From positions 1 to 58,378 of the forward strand of contig CAYJXB010000001.1 of assembly GCA_964374005.1 (NCBI GenBank): a stretch of 58,378 bases of DNA. The letters are read 5' to 3'. Below the pieces are notes generated by a model that worked only from the letters and a program-made list of their open reading frames with translations, was not told the DNA's origin and did no database searches. Position numbers and translations under genes: made by a program. Positions 43,899 to 52,716 of this stretch are shown in pieces. Each line of letters starts with the position of its first letter. Position 1 is the stretch's first letter. Origin of the DNA: an uncultured Planctomycetia bacterium. GTDB lineage: Bacteria; Omnitrophota; Gorgyraeia; 2-02-FULL-51-18.

Positions 43899-45071
43899 TT
43901 AAAAACCCTTCCTCATCCGCGCGATCGCCTCACGAATTTCGGATTCGGCGACCGTCAAAGTAAATCGCACATACCCTTCGCCGGCGGGCCCAAATCCCAC
44001 GCCGGGGGTAGCGACAACCCCTGCGTTTTCCAGAAGCCGTTTGCAAAACAAGGTCGAATCCTTTTCTCCGCGAGGCAGGCGGCTAAAAATATAAAACGTG
44101 GCGGGATTCGGCTTGACAGGAAACCCAAGCTCTTTTAAGCCCGCGACTAAAAGATCCCGGCGCTTTCGATACATTTGATTTGTTTTTTTTGAGAATCGGA
44201 GGCTCTTTTTTAAGGCCTCCCCCGCCGTTTTTTGAATCGCCGTAAAAACACCCGAATCAAGATTTGACTTCACCCGCAAGAGTCCTGAAATGACTTCCGC
44301 TCGGCCTACCGCGAAACCGACGCGCCAACCGGTCATATTACAGGTCTTGGAAAGGGAATGATACTCAATCGCCACTTCCTTGGCGCCTCGAATCTCAAAA
44401 ATACTTAAGGGTTTCTCCTCGCCAAAGTAAACTTCCGAATACGCGAGGTCGGATACGATGAGAATCTTATGGAACAGCGCCCACTTCACCAGCTTCTCAT
44501 AAAAGCTGCGCGGCGCCACCGCTCCGGTCGGATTATTCGGATAATTGATAAAAATAATCTTCGAGCGTTTTAAAACTTCGGATGGAATCGAATCAAAATC
44601 GGGCAAAAACTCACGCGCTTCTTTGAGCGGCAAGAGATACGGCTCCCCTCCGGCAAAAAGTGTCCCGCTTTTGTAAGGAGGGTAACAAGGGTCGGGGACG
44701 AGCGCGACGTCCCCCGGATTGATAAACGCCAGCGGCAGATGCGCGATACCCTCTTTGGAGCCGATCAAAGGAAGAATTTCGGTGTCCGGATCGAAGCGGA
44801 TCGAGAAGCGTTTCTTAAGCCAACCGGAGGCCGCTTGGCGAAATTGTGGACTGCCGCGGAACAAAGGATAGTGATGCATCGCCGGGTCTTTGACGGCTTT
44901 CTGCATCGCGGTGATGATAAACCCTGGCGTGGGTTGGTCGGGATCCCCCGCGCCAAAATCAATCACTTGGACGCCTTTTTCGATTGCCTGTCTTTTCGCG
45001 CGGTCAATTTCTAGGAAAAGGTAAGGCGGGAGCGCTTTCAAACGGTCGGATTCTTCGATAAAGAATGCCAT
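43899..45071 (-). CDS. dapL: LL-diaminopimelate aminotransferase-like class I aminotransferase
   Basis: LPPYLFLEID, GAGDPDQPTP, LIGSKEGIAH, SLSKTCNMTGWRVGF. Lies in the dap cluster. Assignment rests on motifs and context. Confidence 0.72.
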   Translation of the reverse strand: MAFFIEESDRLKALPPYLFLEIDRAKRQAIEKGVQVIDFGAGDPDQPTPGFIITAMQKAVKDPAMHHYPLFRGSPQFRQAASGWLKKRFSIRFDPDTEILPLIGSKEGIAHLPLAFINPGDVALVPDPCYPPYKSGTLFAGGEPYLLPLKEAREFLPDFDSIPSEVLKRSKIIFINYPNNPTGAVAPRSFYEKLVKWALFHKILIVSDLAYSEVYFGEEKPLSIFEIRGAKEVAIEYHSLSKTCNMTGWRVGFAVGRAEVISGLLRVKSNLDSGVFTAIQKTAGEALKKSLRFSKKTNQMYRKRRDLLVAGLKELGFPVKPNPATFYIFSRLPRGEKDSTLFCKRLLENAGVVATPGVGFGPAGEGYVRFTLTVAESEIREAIARMRKGF

Positions 45072-45079
45072 CGCGTGTC

Positions 45080-45805
45080 TTATCTCTCTTTTTTTAAGAC
45101 GTCGGAAATGTTGTAGAAACCTGGTTTCTTGCCGGCTAAAAAAAGGGCTGCGTCGAGCGCGCCATTCGCAAATGCATCCCGAGACTCTGCATGATGAGAA
45201 AGCGTGAACGTCTCTCCGGGGCCACTAAAGATCACGGTATGATCGCCAACGATCTCATCTTGGCGAATGACGTGAACCTCGTTTTCCATTTCTGCGGCCC
45301 TGGCTGGATTCCAACCCTTTGCTTTTGCGATTGCCTGCACAATTTTTTTGGCTGTTCCGCTCGGTCTGTCCTTTTTATGTATATGATGGGCTTCGGCGAT
45401 CTTAATGCTATAGGACTTACCAAATTTTGTGGCGGCTAAGGCTGCCAGCTCGATAAGGGAATTGGCCCCACGACTCATGTTTGGTGACAAAAGGACTGGG
45501 ATTTTCTCCGAGGCTTTCTTTACTTCCGATTCGATTTTTTCACCAAGGCCTGTGGTTGCAATCACAATGGCTGTCTTGGCTTCGAGACACGCTTTGAGAG
45601 CTTCTCGGGTCCCTTCGGGCAGCGAAAAATCAATTAAAACATTAGCCCCTTTTAAAGCTTCGGCCGATGGTTTATCATTTTGATCAAACACGGCGACGAT
45701 CTTAAAATCCTTTGAATCGCGCGCCAATGAAAGGATCCGCGTCCCCATGCGCCCAAGCGCACCGTTCACCGCGATTTTTACCCCGTTAGAAATCTTCTTA
45801 TTCAT
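45080..45805 (-). CDS. dapB: 4-hydroxy-tetrahydrodipicolinate reductase
   Basis: KIAVNGALGRMG. I place the start at ATG 45805..45803, 7 nt after AGGAGA. The ORF-track GTG at 45829 lacks a comparable SD. Confidence 0.9.
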   Translation of the reverse strand: MNKKISNGVKIAVNGALGRMGTRILSLARDSKDFKIVAVFDQNDKPSAEALKGANVLIDFSLPEGTREALKACLEAKTAIVIATTGLGEKIESEVKKASEKIPVLLSPNMSRGANSLIELAALAATKFGKSYSIKIAEAHHIHKKDRPSGTAKKIVQAIAKAKGWNPARAAEMENEVHVIRQDEIVGDHTVIFSGPGETFTLSHHAESRDAFANGALDAALFLAGKKPGFYNISDVLKKER

Positions 45806-45862
45806 ACCATTATCTCCTGTTGTCACCACCCACCGTCAAAGCATGATTTCTAACGGGGTGAA
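45781..45862. repeat. F2a-2: palindromic element between dapA stop and the ancestral dapB start, now partly coding
   Basis: CCCCGTTAGAAATC (45781-45794) and GATTTCTAACGGGGTGAA (45845-45862). Flanks are TTA (45778-45780, degenerate) and TCA (45863-45865). Confidence 0.8.
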
Positions 45863-46747
45863 TCATGACCTTCCCTTGACTTTCAAGCCGTAAGTTTTCA
45901 TGGCCTGCGTCAAGATTTTTTGGTTTCGGGGCTGCATCGGCGAAAGCGGCAGACGAAGCTCCTCGCGGCAAAGCCCCATCAAACCCATGGCCTTCTTAAT
46001 CGGGATCGGATTTGTTTCAATAAATAGGGCGCGGCACAAAGGAAACATTTTATAATGAAGCTCCCGGGCTCTCTGGAAGCTCCCGGCAAAATAAGCGTCC
46101 ACCATTTCCGAAACCGCCTGTGGCACGATGTTGGCGATCACCGAAATGACCCCTTTGGCGCCCAAGGCCATTAAAGGTAAGGTCAGGGAATCATCGCCGC
46201 TTAAGACCGTGATATCGCATAAGGATAAAATGTGAGAGGTCTGGTCCATGCTGCCGGTCGCTTCTTTGATCCCCACGATATTTTTTATTTTTGACAATCG
46301 CGCGACCGTCTCAGGAATCAGCGTCACGCCCGTGCGACCGGGGACATTGTAAAGAATGATGGGAATATTCACTTTTCGGGCAACTTTTTCATAATGCCGG
46401 TAGAGCCCTTCCTGCGTCGGACGGTTGTAATACGGCGTGACCATCAACGCGCCGTCGGCGCCTGCTTTTTTCGCGAACTTCGTCAGCGAAATAGCCTCTT
46501 CCGTACTATTGGAACCCGTGCCCGCTATCACCGGGACTTCGTGGCTGGCCGCCTCGACCACCACCTTCATCACGCGTTCGTGTTCTTTGTGCGACAACGT
46601 GGGGCTCTCGCCTGTCGTGCCGGCCGGCACGATGCCGTCGGTGCCCGATCGAATATGAAACCGCACAAGCTTCGCCAAGGCCTTTTCATCCACTTTTCCG
46701 TTCCTAAACGGCGTCACAATGGCCACGATCGAACCATGAAATTTCAC
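45863..46747 (-). CDS. dapA: 4-hydroxy-tetrahydrodipicolinate synthase
   Basis: IVAIVTPF, GTTGES, IVGIKEATGS (Schiff-base Lys). GTG start at the edge of F1-f. Confidence 0.95.
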   Translation of the reverse strand: MKFHGSIVAIVTPFRNGKVDEKALAKLVRFHIRSGTDGIVPAGTTGESPTLSHKEHERVMKVVVEAASHEVPVIAGTGSNSTEEAISLTKFAKKAGADGALMVTPYYNRPTQEGLYRHYEKVARKVNIPIILYNVPGRTGVTLIPETVARLSKIKNIVGIKEATGSMDQTSHILSLCDITVLSGDDSLTLPLMALGAKGVISVIANIVPQAVSEMVDAYFAGSFQRARELHYKMFPLCRALFIETNPIPIKKAMGLMGLCREELRLPLSPMQPRNQKILTQAMKTYGLKVKGRS

Positions 46748-46862
46748 CCCACCACCTCCTTTTTTCCACTGCCCACTTTATCCTCCCACCACGCAAAGGC
46801 AGTGGAAGAATCCGCCAAAAGCGGATTCGTCAATCTAATAGATTGTAAAGGAGGTGGTGGGG
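46747..46862. repeat. F1-f: palindromic element between dapF stop and dapA start
   Basis: Arms CCCCACCACCTCCTTT and AAAGGAGGTGGTGGGG. TCA at 46744-46746 and 46863-46865 (the latter is the dapF stop). Confidence 0.9.
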
Positions 46863-47675
46863 TCATAACTTCACTCTCCCCTCAAACGTCGTTTGAACAG
46901 GACCTTCCAGACAGACGTCAGAAAACTTCCCACCCTTTCTTGAGAAATAAACCTTCAAGATCTCCCCACCTTTTGTGCGGACGAGCACAGGAGATTTCAA
47001 ACCCTTTAAAGCGGCCGCCACGAGCGCCGCAGCGGTAGATCCCGTGCCGCATGAAAGCGTCTCTCCCTCGACGCCGCGCTCATAAGTCCGTACCTCTATG
47101 GTATTCTGTGATCCCAGACAAACAAAATCAGCGTTGGTCCCTCTGGGGGCAAAATAAGGATGGCGCCGGATCTCGCGCCCAAACCGATCCACATCCACAC
47201 CCCTCAAAGAATCCACGAATTTCACGGCGTGCGGCACGCCGGTATCGATGAAATTCAATATTTCATTCCTCCCGTTGACCTGGAGGCTGAAATTCAACTT
47301 GAGGCTTTTGGGCTTCGCCAATTTGGCCGTGACGATATTTTTGCGGACCTCCGCCCCGATGATCCCCGCGAGCGTTTCGATGGACAACCGACCCTTTTTC
47401 ATCTTATGATCCGCCAAGAATTTTGCGGCACAGCGGACTCCATTGCCGCACATCTGGGCCTGGCTTCCGTCAGGGTTAAAAATCCGCATCTTGACGTCGG
47501 CCTTTTTTGATTTGTCTAAAAGGATCAGGCCGTCCGCTCCGATCGAATATTTGCGCTCCGACAATTTTTTGGCTATTTTTGCCGCGTCGTTCCCGATGAC
47601 TCCCGAACGATTATCCACGACGATAAAATCATTGCCCGCCGCCGCCATTTTCGTAAACGGACAGCCAGCCATCAA
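46863..47675 (-). CDS. dapF: diaminopimelate epimerase
   Basis: FTKMAAAGNDFIVVDN, MCGNG, SCGTGS. Confidence 0.94.
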   Translation of the reverse strand: MMAGCPFTKMAAAGNDFIVVDNRSGVIGNDAAKIAKKLSERKYSIGADGLILLDKSKKADVKMRIFNPDGSQAQMCGNGVRCAAKFLADHKMKKGRLSIETLAGIIGAEVRKNIVTAKLAKPKSLKLNFSLQVNGRNEILNFIDTGVPHAVKFVDSLRGVDVDRFGREIRRHPYFAPRGTNADFVCLGSQNTIEVRTYERGVEGETLSCGTGSTAAALVAAALKGLKSPVLVRTKGGEILKVYFSRKGGKFSDVCLEGPVQTTFEGRVKL

Positions 47676-48946
47676 ACCACTTCCCGGACAATGCGCTCCC
47701 GACGAACCAGGTCCTCATAGGTTTCGCGCTTCCTCGCCACAAAATAACGCCTCCCTCGCACGACGATCTCCGGAACCCGGGGCCTCGAATTGTAATTACT
47801 GGCCATCACAAACCCATACGCGCCGCAGGACATGACCGCCAACAAATCACCCACATGGACTGGGGCAAGTTTTCTGTCCTTGGCCAGAAAATCGCCGCTT
47901 TCACAGAGGGGGCCCACAATATCCACATGCGAGTCCCTTAGCTTCGTCTTCTTTTTCATCACCGGCACGATTTCATGATGGGCGCCGTAGAACGAAGGCC
48001 GGATCAAATCGTTCATGCCGCCGTCCACAATCACAAATGTTTTGGACGGCGTGCGTTTTACGTACAAAACTTTTGTCACAAGGATTCCGCTGTTTCCTGA
48101 AATAAAGCGGCCCGGCTCTAACACGATTTTTAACCCACGCTTCAGATCGTACTCTTTGAACAAAGGCAGAACCACCTTCGCGTAGGCCTGGGCCGTCTGC
48201 GGCTTTTCATCCGAATAGATGATGCCAAGCCCTCCGCCGATATTCAAATACTCGACAGGATTTCCTCCGAACCTGACGCTGTCAATAAACTGAAGCGCCT
48301 TCTTGATCGCCTTGACGAACGGCTTGGAGTGAGTGATCTGCGACCCAATGTGAATATGAACGCCGGCAAACCGCAAAAAAGGATACCGGTAAGATTCCAC
48401 AAAAAGCTTACTGGCCGTTTCCATATCGATCCCGAACTTGCTTTGCTTGATGCCTGTCGAAATATAATGATGCGCGCCGGACGTGACGTCGGGATTGAGC
48501 CGAATCGCGACTTTTTGTGTGGTCTTAAGCCGGCAGGCGACGTTATTGATCACGTCAAGCTCGGGGATCGATTCCACGTTGAACATCAGGATTCCCGCGC
48601 GGATCGCCGCCTCGATTTCGCCTTCCGTTTTGCCAACAGAGGCGAACACGATCTTTTTAGGATCCACCCCCACTTTTTTCGCCCGGTAGAGCTCGCCTCC
48701 CGAGACAATATCCAAACCCGACCCATGCGCCACGAGGGCCTTTAAAACGGTCAGGTTTGAATTGGCCTTCATCGAGAAACAGATGAGCGGCTCCGCCGGT
48801 TGAAAGGCCTTTTTTAGCTTCAAGAAATGGTCCAAAAAAGTGCCGATGCTATAAAGATAAAACGGCGTCCCCGTTTCTTTTGCGATCTTGGAGACTGGCG
48901 CGTCTTCACAATAAAACTCTTTATTTTTATATTCAAAACGATGCAT
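47672..48946 (-). CDS. lysA: diaminopimelate decarboxylase
   Basis: 424 aa. PLP-fold decarboxylase (FSMKANSN, HIHIGSQ, GGGLGI, CESGD). Confidence 0.93.
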   Translation of the reverse strand: MHRFEYKNKEFYCEDAPVSKIAKETGTPFYLYSIGTFLDHFLKLKKAFQPAEPLICFSMKANSNLTVLKALVAHGSGLDIVSGGELYRAKKVGVDPKKIVFASVGKTEGEIEAAIRAGILMFNVESIPELDVINNVACRLKTTQKVAIRLNPDVTSGAHHYISTGIKQSKFGIDMETASKLFVESYRYPFLRFAGVHIHIGSQITHSKPFVKAIKKALQFIDSVRFGGNPVEYLNIGGGLGIIYSDEKPQTAQAYAKVVLPLFKEYDLKRGLKIVLEPGRFISGNSGILVTKVLYVKRTPSKTFVIVDGGMNDLIRPSFYGAHHEIVPVMKKKTKLRDSHVDIVGPLCESGDFLAKDRKLAPVHVGDLLAVMSCGAYGFVMASNYNSRPRVPEIVVRGRRYFVARKRETYEDLVRRERIVREVV

Positions 48947-48949
48947 GAT

Positions 48950-48993
48950 TAGCGTATAGCGTATAGCGTATAGAGAAAAAACGCTATCCGCTA
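48950..48993. repeat. Tandem heptamer (TAGCGTA, 3 full copies plus a partial fourth) plus inverted partner ACGCTATCCGCTA between argH and lysA
   Basis: TAGCGTATAGCGTATAGCGTATAG at 48950-48973. Inverted 13-mer at 48981-48993 (12/13 complementary). Confidence 0.85.
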
Positions 48994-49006
48994 GAATCTC
49001 CTATTG

Positions 49007-50383
49007 TTATTTTAATCTTTTTTTCCATTTTCGAATCTGCTTCTTAACTTCTGAAGGATGCGTGCTGCCCTTTGTTTTTTTCATCCGGACCGAATGCTCA
49101 GGCGAAAAAATTTCATACACATCCCCTTCGACCTTTGTGGCGAAGCGTTTGAGAATATCCAACCCTATTTTTGAGATCGGCACACGGCGTTCCTCGGCGA
49201 AGCTTACGATTTTCCCGGCCTCCTCATGCGCGATTTTGAAAGGCGTCCCCTTCAAAACAAGATAATCGGCCAAATCAGTGGCATAAAGAGCGTCGTCCTT
49301 TAAGAACTCCGCGATCTTGTTTTTATCCCATTGAATCGTACGAAACAGTTTCGTGAAAATCTCGAGAATCGTTTCACAGGTTTCCACCGAATCAAAAATA
49401 TAACTCTTGTCCCACTGAAGATCGCGGTTGTAAGAGGTTGGCAAAGCTTTCAGCGTCACCAAGAAACCGGTGAGGTTTGAGATGAACACTCCCGAGGCGC
49501 CTCTCATAAGCTCCACAAAATCAGCGTTCTTTTTTTGCGGCATCATGGAACTCCCCGTGCAAAACGCCTCGTCTATATCGACAACGGCAAACCCCTTGGT
49601 TTGCGCAATCATCAGATCCTCGGAAATTCTGGAAAGATGAATGCTTAAAAAAGCGATCGTCGACAAAAGATGGAGCAAAAAATCCCGGTCGCCGGAAACA
49701 TCGTAACTATTATCCGTCACGCGGGACAGGCCAAGTTCCCTCGCCATCATTTTTTGGTCCAACGGATAGGCGGATCCGCCAAGCGCCCCGCTGCCAAGAA
49801 CACAGACATCGGCCAAATCAACCGCGAGACCAAAGCGTTGCTTCGAACGTCCCAACATCTCGGTATAAGCCAATAGAATGTGGGCTAGGGATAGAACTTG
49901 CGCGTTCTGAAGATGCGTCATCCCCGGCAGCCACAACGACTGAGTGGCTTCGGCCTTTTTCGCGATCTCTCTTTGAAGCCCGCCGATTAGCGAAATAATT
50001 TTCTGAGCGTGTTCCTTGCAGTAAAGCCGTGAACTTTGACTGACAAGATCATTCCTGGATCTCGCGGTATGAAGCTTGTAGGCCAAAGGCCCCGTCAACG
50101 CCTCCAGTTTTTCCTGAACGGCGGAATGAATGTCCTCGGATTTTTCATTGAGACGGATTGTGCCTTGTGCAAGCCTTTTTTCAAGCCAATGGACCGCTGC
50201 CGTGAGCTTTTTTGCTTCACCCGCGCTCAACACTCCACATTTCCTAAGCGCGTTGATGTGGACCGCGTCAATTTTTAGATCGTATGACAATAAGCGCTTG
50301 TCCCATCGGAAAGACGAGCTAAAACGCTCAAAATCCGGGTCGGTGACTTTTTTAAACCGCCCGCCCCATAGTTTTTTTGTCAT
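49007..50383 (-). CDS. argH: argininosuccinate lyase
   Basis: Start placed at ATG 50383 (MTKKLWGGRFKK). GSSMMPQKKNAD signature. The ORF-track extension to 50521 overlaps the argG 3' end. Confidence 0.94.
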   Translation of the reverse strand: MTKKLWGGRFKKVTDPDFERFSSSFRWDKRLLSYDLKIDAVHINALRKCGVLSAGEAKKLTAAVHWLEKRLAQGTIRLNEKSEDIHSAVQEKLEALTGPLAYKLHTARSRNDLVSQSSRLYCKEHAQKIISLIGGLQREIAKKAEATQSLWLPGMTHLQNAQVLSLAHILLAYTEMLGRSKQRFGLAVDLADVCVLGSGALGGSAYPLDQKMMARELGLSRVTDNSYDVSGDRDFLLHLLSTIAFLSIHLSRISEDLMIAQTKGFAVVDIDEAFCTGSSMMPQKKNADFVELMRGASGVFISNLTGFLVTLKALPTSYNRDLQWDKSYIFDSVETCETILEIFTKLFRTIQWDKNKIAEFLKDDALYATDLADYLVLKGTPFKIAHEEAGKIVSFAEERRVPISKIGLDILKRFATKVEGDVYEIFSPEHSVRMKKTKGSTHPSEVKKQIRKWKKRLK

Positions 50384-50390
50384 GGTCGCG

Positions 50391-51560
50391 TCATTTCTTA
50401 TATGGCAACGCCCAAAGGTCAATAAATCCCTTGGCGAGCTTCTGGTCAAATTGATCCCTCTCGCTATAAGTGGCGAGAGCGTCCTTGTATAAAGAAAAAG
50501 GCGATTTGCGCCCGATAACATGGGAAGAATATTTCCTCAACGCGACGCGCACGCGGCCGGTCACATGGGTTTGCGTCTCGTTCACAAACGCATCCAAGGC
50601 TTTTTTTAGCGGCGTAAACCACAATCCATAATAGACTAGCTCCGCATATTTTAAAGCGACGAGCTCTTTGTAATGCAGCAGTTCCCGGTCCAATACCAGA
50701 CCCTCCAAGTCCCTATGCGCCTGGAGTAAAATGGTGGCCGCCGGCGCTTCATAAGTCTCGCGAGACTTGATCCCCACCAAACGATTTTCGATCATGTCCA
50801 TACGGCCAATGCCGTATTGCGAGCCCAGCGCGTTGAGTTCCCCGATGAGTTTAAGCGGCTCTTTTTTCCTGCCATTCAAACCGACCGGCACGCCTTTCAG
50901 GAACTCAATCTCGACGACCCTTTCTTTTAAGCTTCTTTTTTCGGCCCCGCGCGTCCACTGGAAAGACTCAAACGGCGGTTGGACGTTCGGGTCTTCCAAA
51001 ACGCCGGCCTCCACGCTGACGCCCCAGATATTCTTATCGATGGAAAACGGGCTTTTTTTTGTGATATCGATCGGAATGCGATGCCTTTTAGCATAGGCGA
51101 TCTCTTCGTCTCTCGATTTAAATTCCCATTCTCTTACCGGCGCCAAAATTTCGAGGGAGCTGTCTAGCGCCTGAATCGTGACCTCAAAACGCACTTGATC
51201 GTTACCTTTGCCGGTGCAGCCGTGCGCGACTGCCGTGGCTTTTTCCGCATGCGCGACCGCCACTTGCTCGGCCGCGATCAAAGGTCTTGAGAGAGCCGTC
51301 GCCAAGGTATACCGGCCTTCATAAACCGCGCCTGCTTTCAGCGCCGGCCATAGATAATCCGTCACGAATTTTTTCTTAAGCTCTTTCACGACGACTTTGG
51401 AGGCGCCCGCCCGCTTGGCCCGCTCGATCGCAGGCCGAGTCGTTTTCTCCTGGCCCACGTCGGCCATATAAGCGACGACTTCGTACCCTCGGTCCTTCAG
51501 CCATTTGATCGCGACCGAAGTGTCCAGCCCGCCCGAATAAGCTAATACAACTTTTTTCAT
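50391..51560 (-). CDS. argG: argininosuccinate synthase
   Basis: VVLAYSGGLDTS, GCTGKGNDQVRF. Confidence 0.96.
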   Translation of the reverse strand: MKKVVLAYSGGLDTSVAIKWLKDRGYEVVAYMADVGQEKTTRPAIERAKRAGASKVVVKELKKKFVTDYLWPALKAGAVYEGRYTLATALSRPLIAAEQVAVAHAEKATAVAHGCTGKGNDQVRFEVTIQALDSSLEILAPVREWEFKSRDEEIAYAKRHRIPIDITKKSPFSIDKNIWGVSVEAGVLEDPNVQPPFESFQWTRGAEKRSLKERVVEIEFLKGVPVGLNGRKKEPLKLIGELNALGSQYGIGRMDMIENRLVGIKSRETYEAPAATILLQAHRDLEGLVLDRELLHYKELVALKYAELVYYGLWFTPLKKALDAFVNETQTHVTGRVRVALRKYSSHVIGRKSPFSLYKDALATYSERDQFDQKLAKGFIDLWALPYKK

Positions 51561-51569
51561 TCGTTCCTC

Positions 51570-52622
51570 TTATCTTTTTTTTCTTTTGGTGGTCAAAAGC
51601 AGATACATGAGCGCCTTCTGCGTATGCAAACGGTTCTCCGCCTGGTCAAAGATCGCCGAGCGGGAATGTTCAATCACTTCTTCGGTGATTTCCTCGCCAC
51701 GATGCGCCGGCAGGCAGTGCAAGATCATCGAATCTTTCGGCGCCTTGCCGATGATCGCGCCATTGACCTGAAAGGGCTGGAAATCACGCAGCCGTTGCTC
51801 CCGCTGCTTTTCCTGCCCCATGCTGACCCATACGTCGGTATAAATCACATGGGCATTTTTAATGGCCGTGAAAGGATTGTTCGATAGCGTTATCTTAGAA
51901 GCGCTCCCTTTCGCGATGAGCTTGATGTCTTTCAGGATCTCCTCGCCCGGTTCATAACCACGCGGCGTGGCAATGGCCAGATTCGCGCCCGCCTTGGCCG
52001 CCCCGTACAAGAGCGAGTTCAACACGTTGTTTCCGTCCCCGATATAAGCGATATTGATTTTATCAAGCGATTTGAATTTCTCCCGGATCGTAAAAAGATC
52101 CGCCAGCGTCTGGCAAGGATGAAACGAATCGCTCAAACCGTTGATCACCGGGACCGTCGCGTGTTTGGCGAACTCTTCCACATCCGAGTGCGTGTAAGTC
52201 CTCGTGACGACAATGTCGCAGTACCGTGACAAAACACGCGCGACGTCTTTAATGGATTCCCGCTCTCCGAGCGGCATCTCCTGAGGGTCCATATAAACCG
52301 CGCTTCCGCCAAGCTCGTTGATCCCCACCTGAAATGACACGCGCGTGCGGATCGAGGGCTTTTGGAAAAGAAGCGCCAGGGATCGCCCCTTTAGCTTGCT
52401 GAAAAACCCTTGCGGGTTCTTCTTCATCTTTTCTGCCATTTTAAAGAGGGCCTCGAAATCGCACCACTCCATCTCCTTGATGCTCAGCAAATCTTTGAAC
52501 TGAAACGGTGCGCCCGAAGGCCTTTTCAACTTCGTTCTTTTCTTTGATGCGGCTCGGCGACGTGCGGCGCGTTTTTTTCTTGTGCCCTTGGATCTTCTTT
52601 TACTCTTTTTGGATCTTTTCAT
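51570..52622 (-). CDS. argF: ornithine carbamoyltransferase with polybasic N-terminal extension
   Basis: SIRTRVSF, HPCQTLAD, HCLPAHRGEE. The first ~38 residues are a K/R-rich tail not typical of OTCases. Confidence 0.9.
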   Translation of the reverse strand: MKRSKKSKRRSKGTRKKRAARRRAASKKRTKLKRPSGAPFQFKDLLSIKEMEWCDFEALFKMAEKMKKNPQGFFSKLKGRSLALLFQKPSIRTRVSFQVGINELGGSAVYMDPQEMPLGERESIKDVARVLSRYCDIVVTRTYTHSDVEEFAKHATVPVINGLSDSFHPCQTLADLFTIREKFKSLDKINIAYIGDGNNVLNSLLYGAAKAGANLAIATPRGYEPGEEILKDIKLIAKGSASKITLSNNPFTAIKNAHVIYTDVWVSMGQEKQREQRLRDFQPFQVNGAIIGKAPKDSMILHCLPAHRGEEITEEVIEHSRSAIFDQAENRLHTQKALMYLLLTTKRKKR

Positions 52623-52647
52623 GCGGCCTTACTCCCTTCGTTGGTCA

Positions 52648-52716
52648 CCCCACCACCTGTTTTCTACGATTGCTACAAGCAATCGGTCTGCTTCGCGGAC
52701 AAAACAGGTGGTGGGG
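52648..52716. repeat. F1-g: 69-bp core-only F1 element inserted in the 3' end of argD
   Basis: CCCCACCACCTGTTTT ... AAAACAGGTGGTGGGG (16/16) enclosing hairpins CGATTGC-TACA-GCAATCG and GTCTGC/GCGGAC. TCA at 52645-52647 and 52717-52719. Collinear with 9132..9198. Confidence 0.9.

Noticed and set aside
50384-50521. ORF-track N-terminal extensions: argH here, and likewise trpA 9111..9140, dapB 45806..45829, argB 54894..54971, argC 57239..57262
   Set aside because: The extensions overlap the upstream gene or run through repeat elements, and they encode sequence with no family counterpart. Conserved N-termini begin at internal ATG or GTG codons with better SD spacing.
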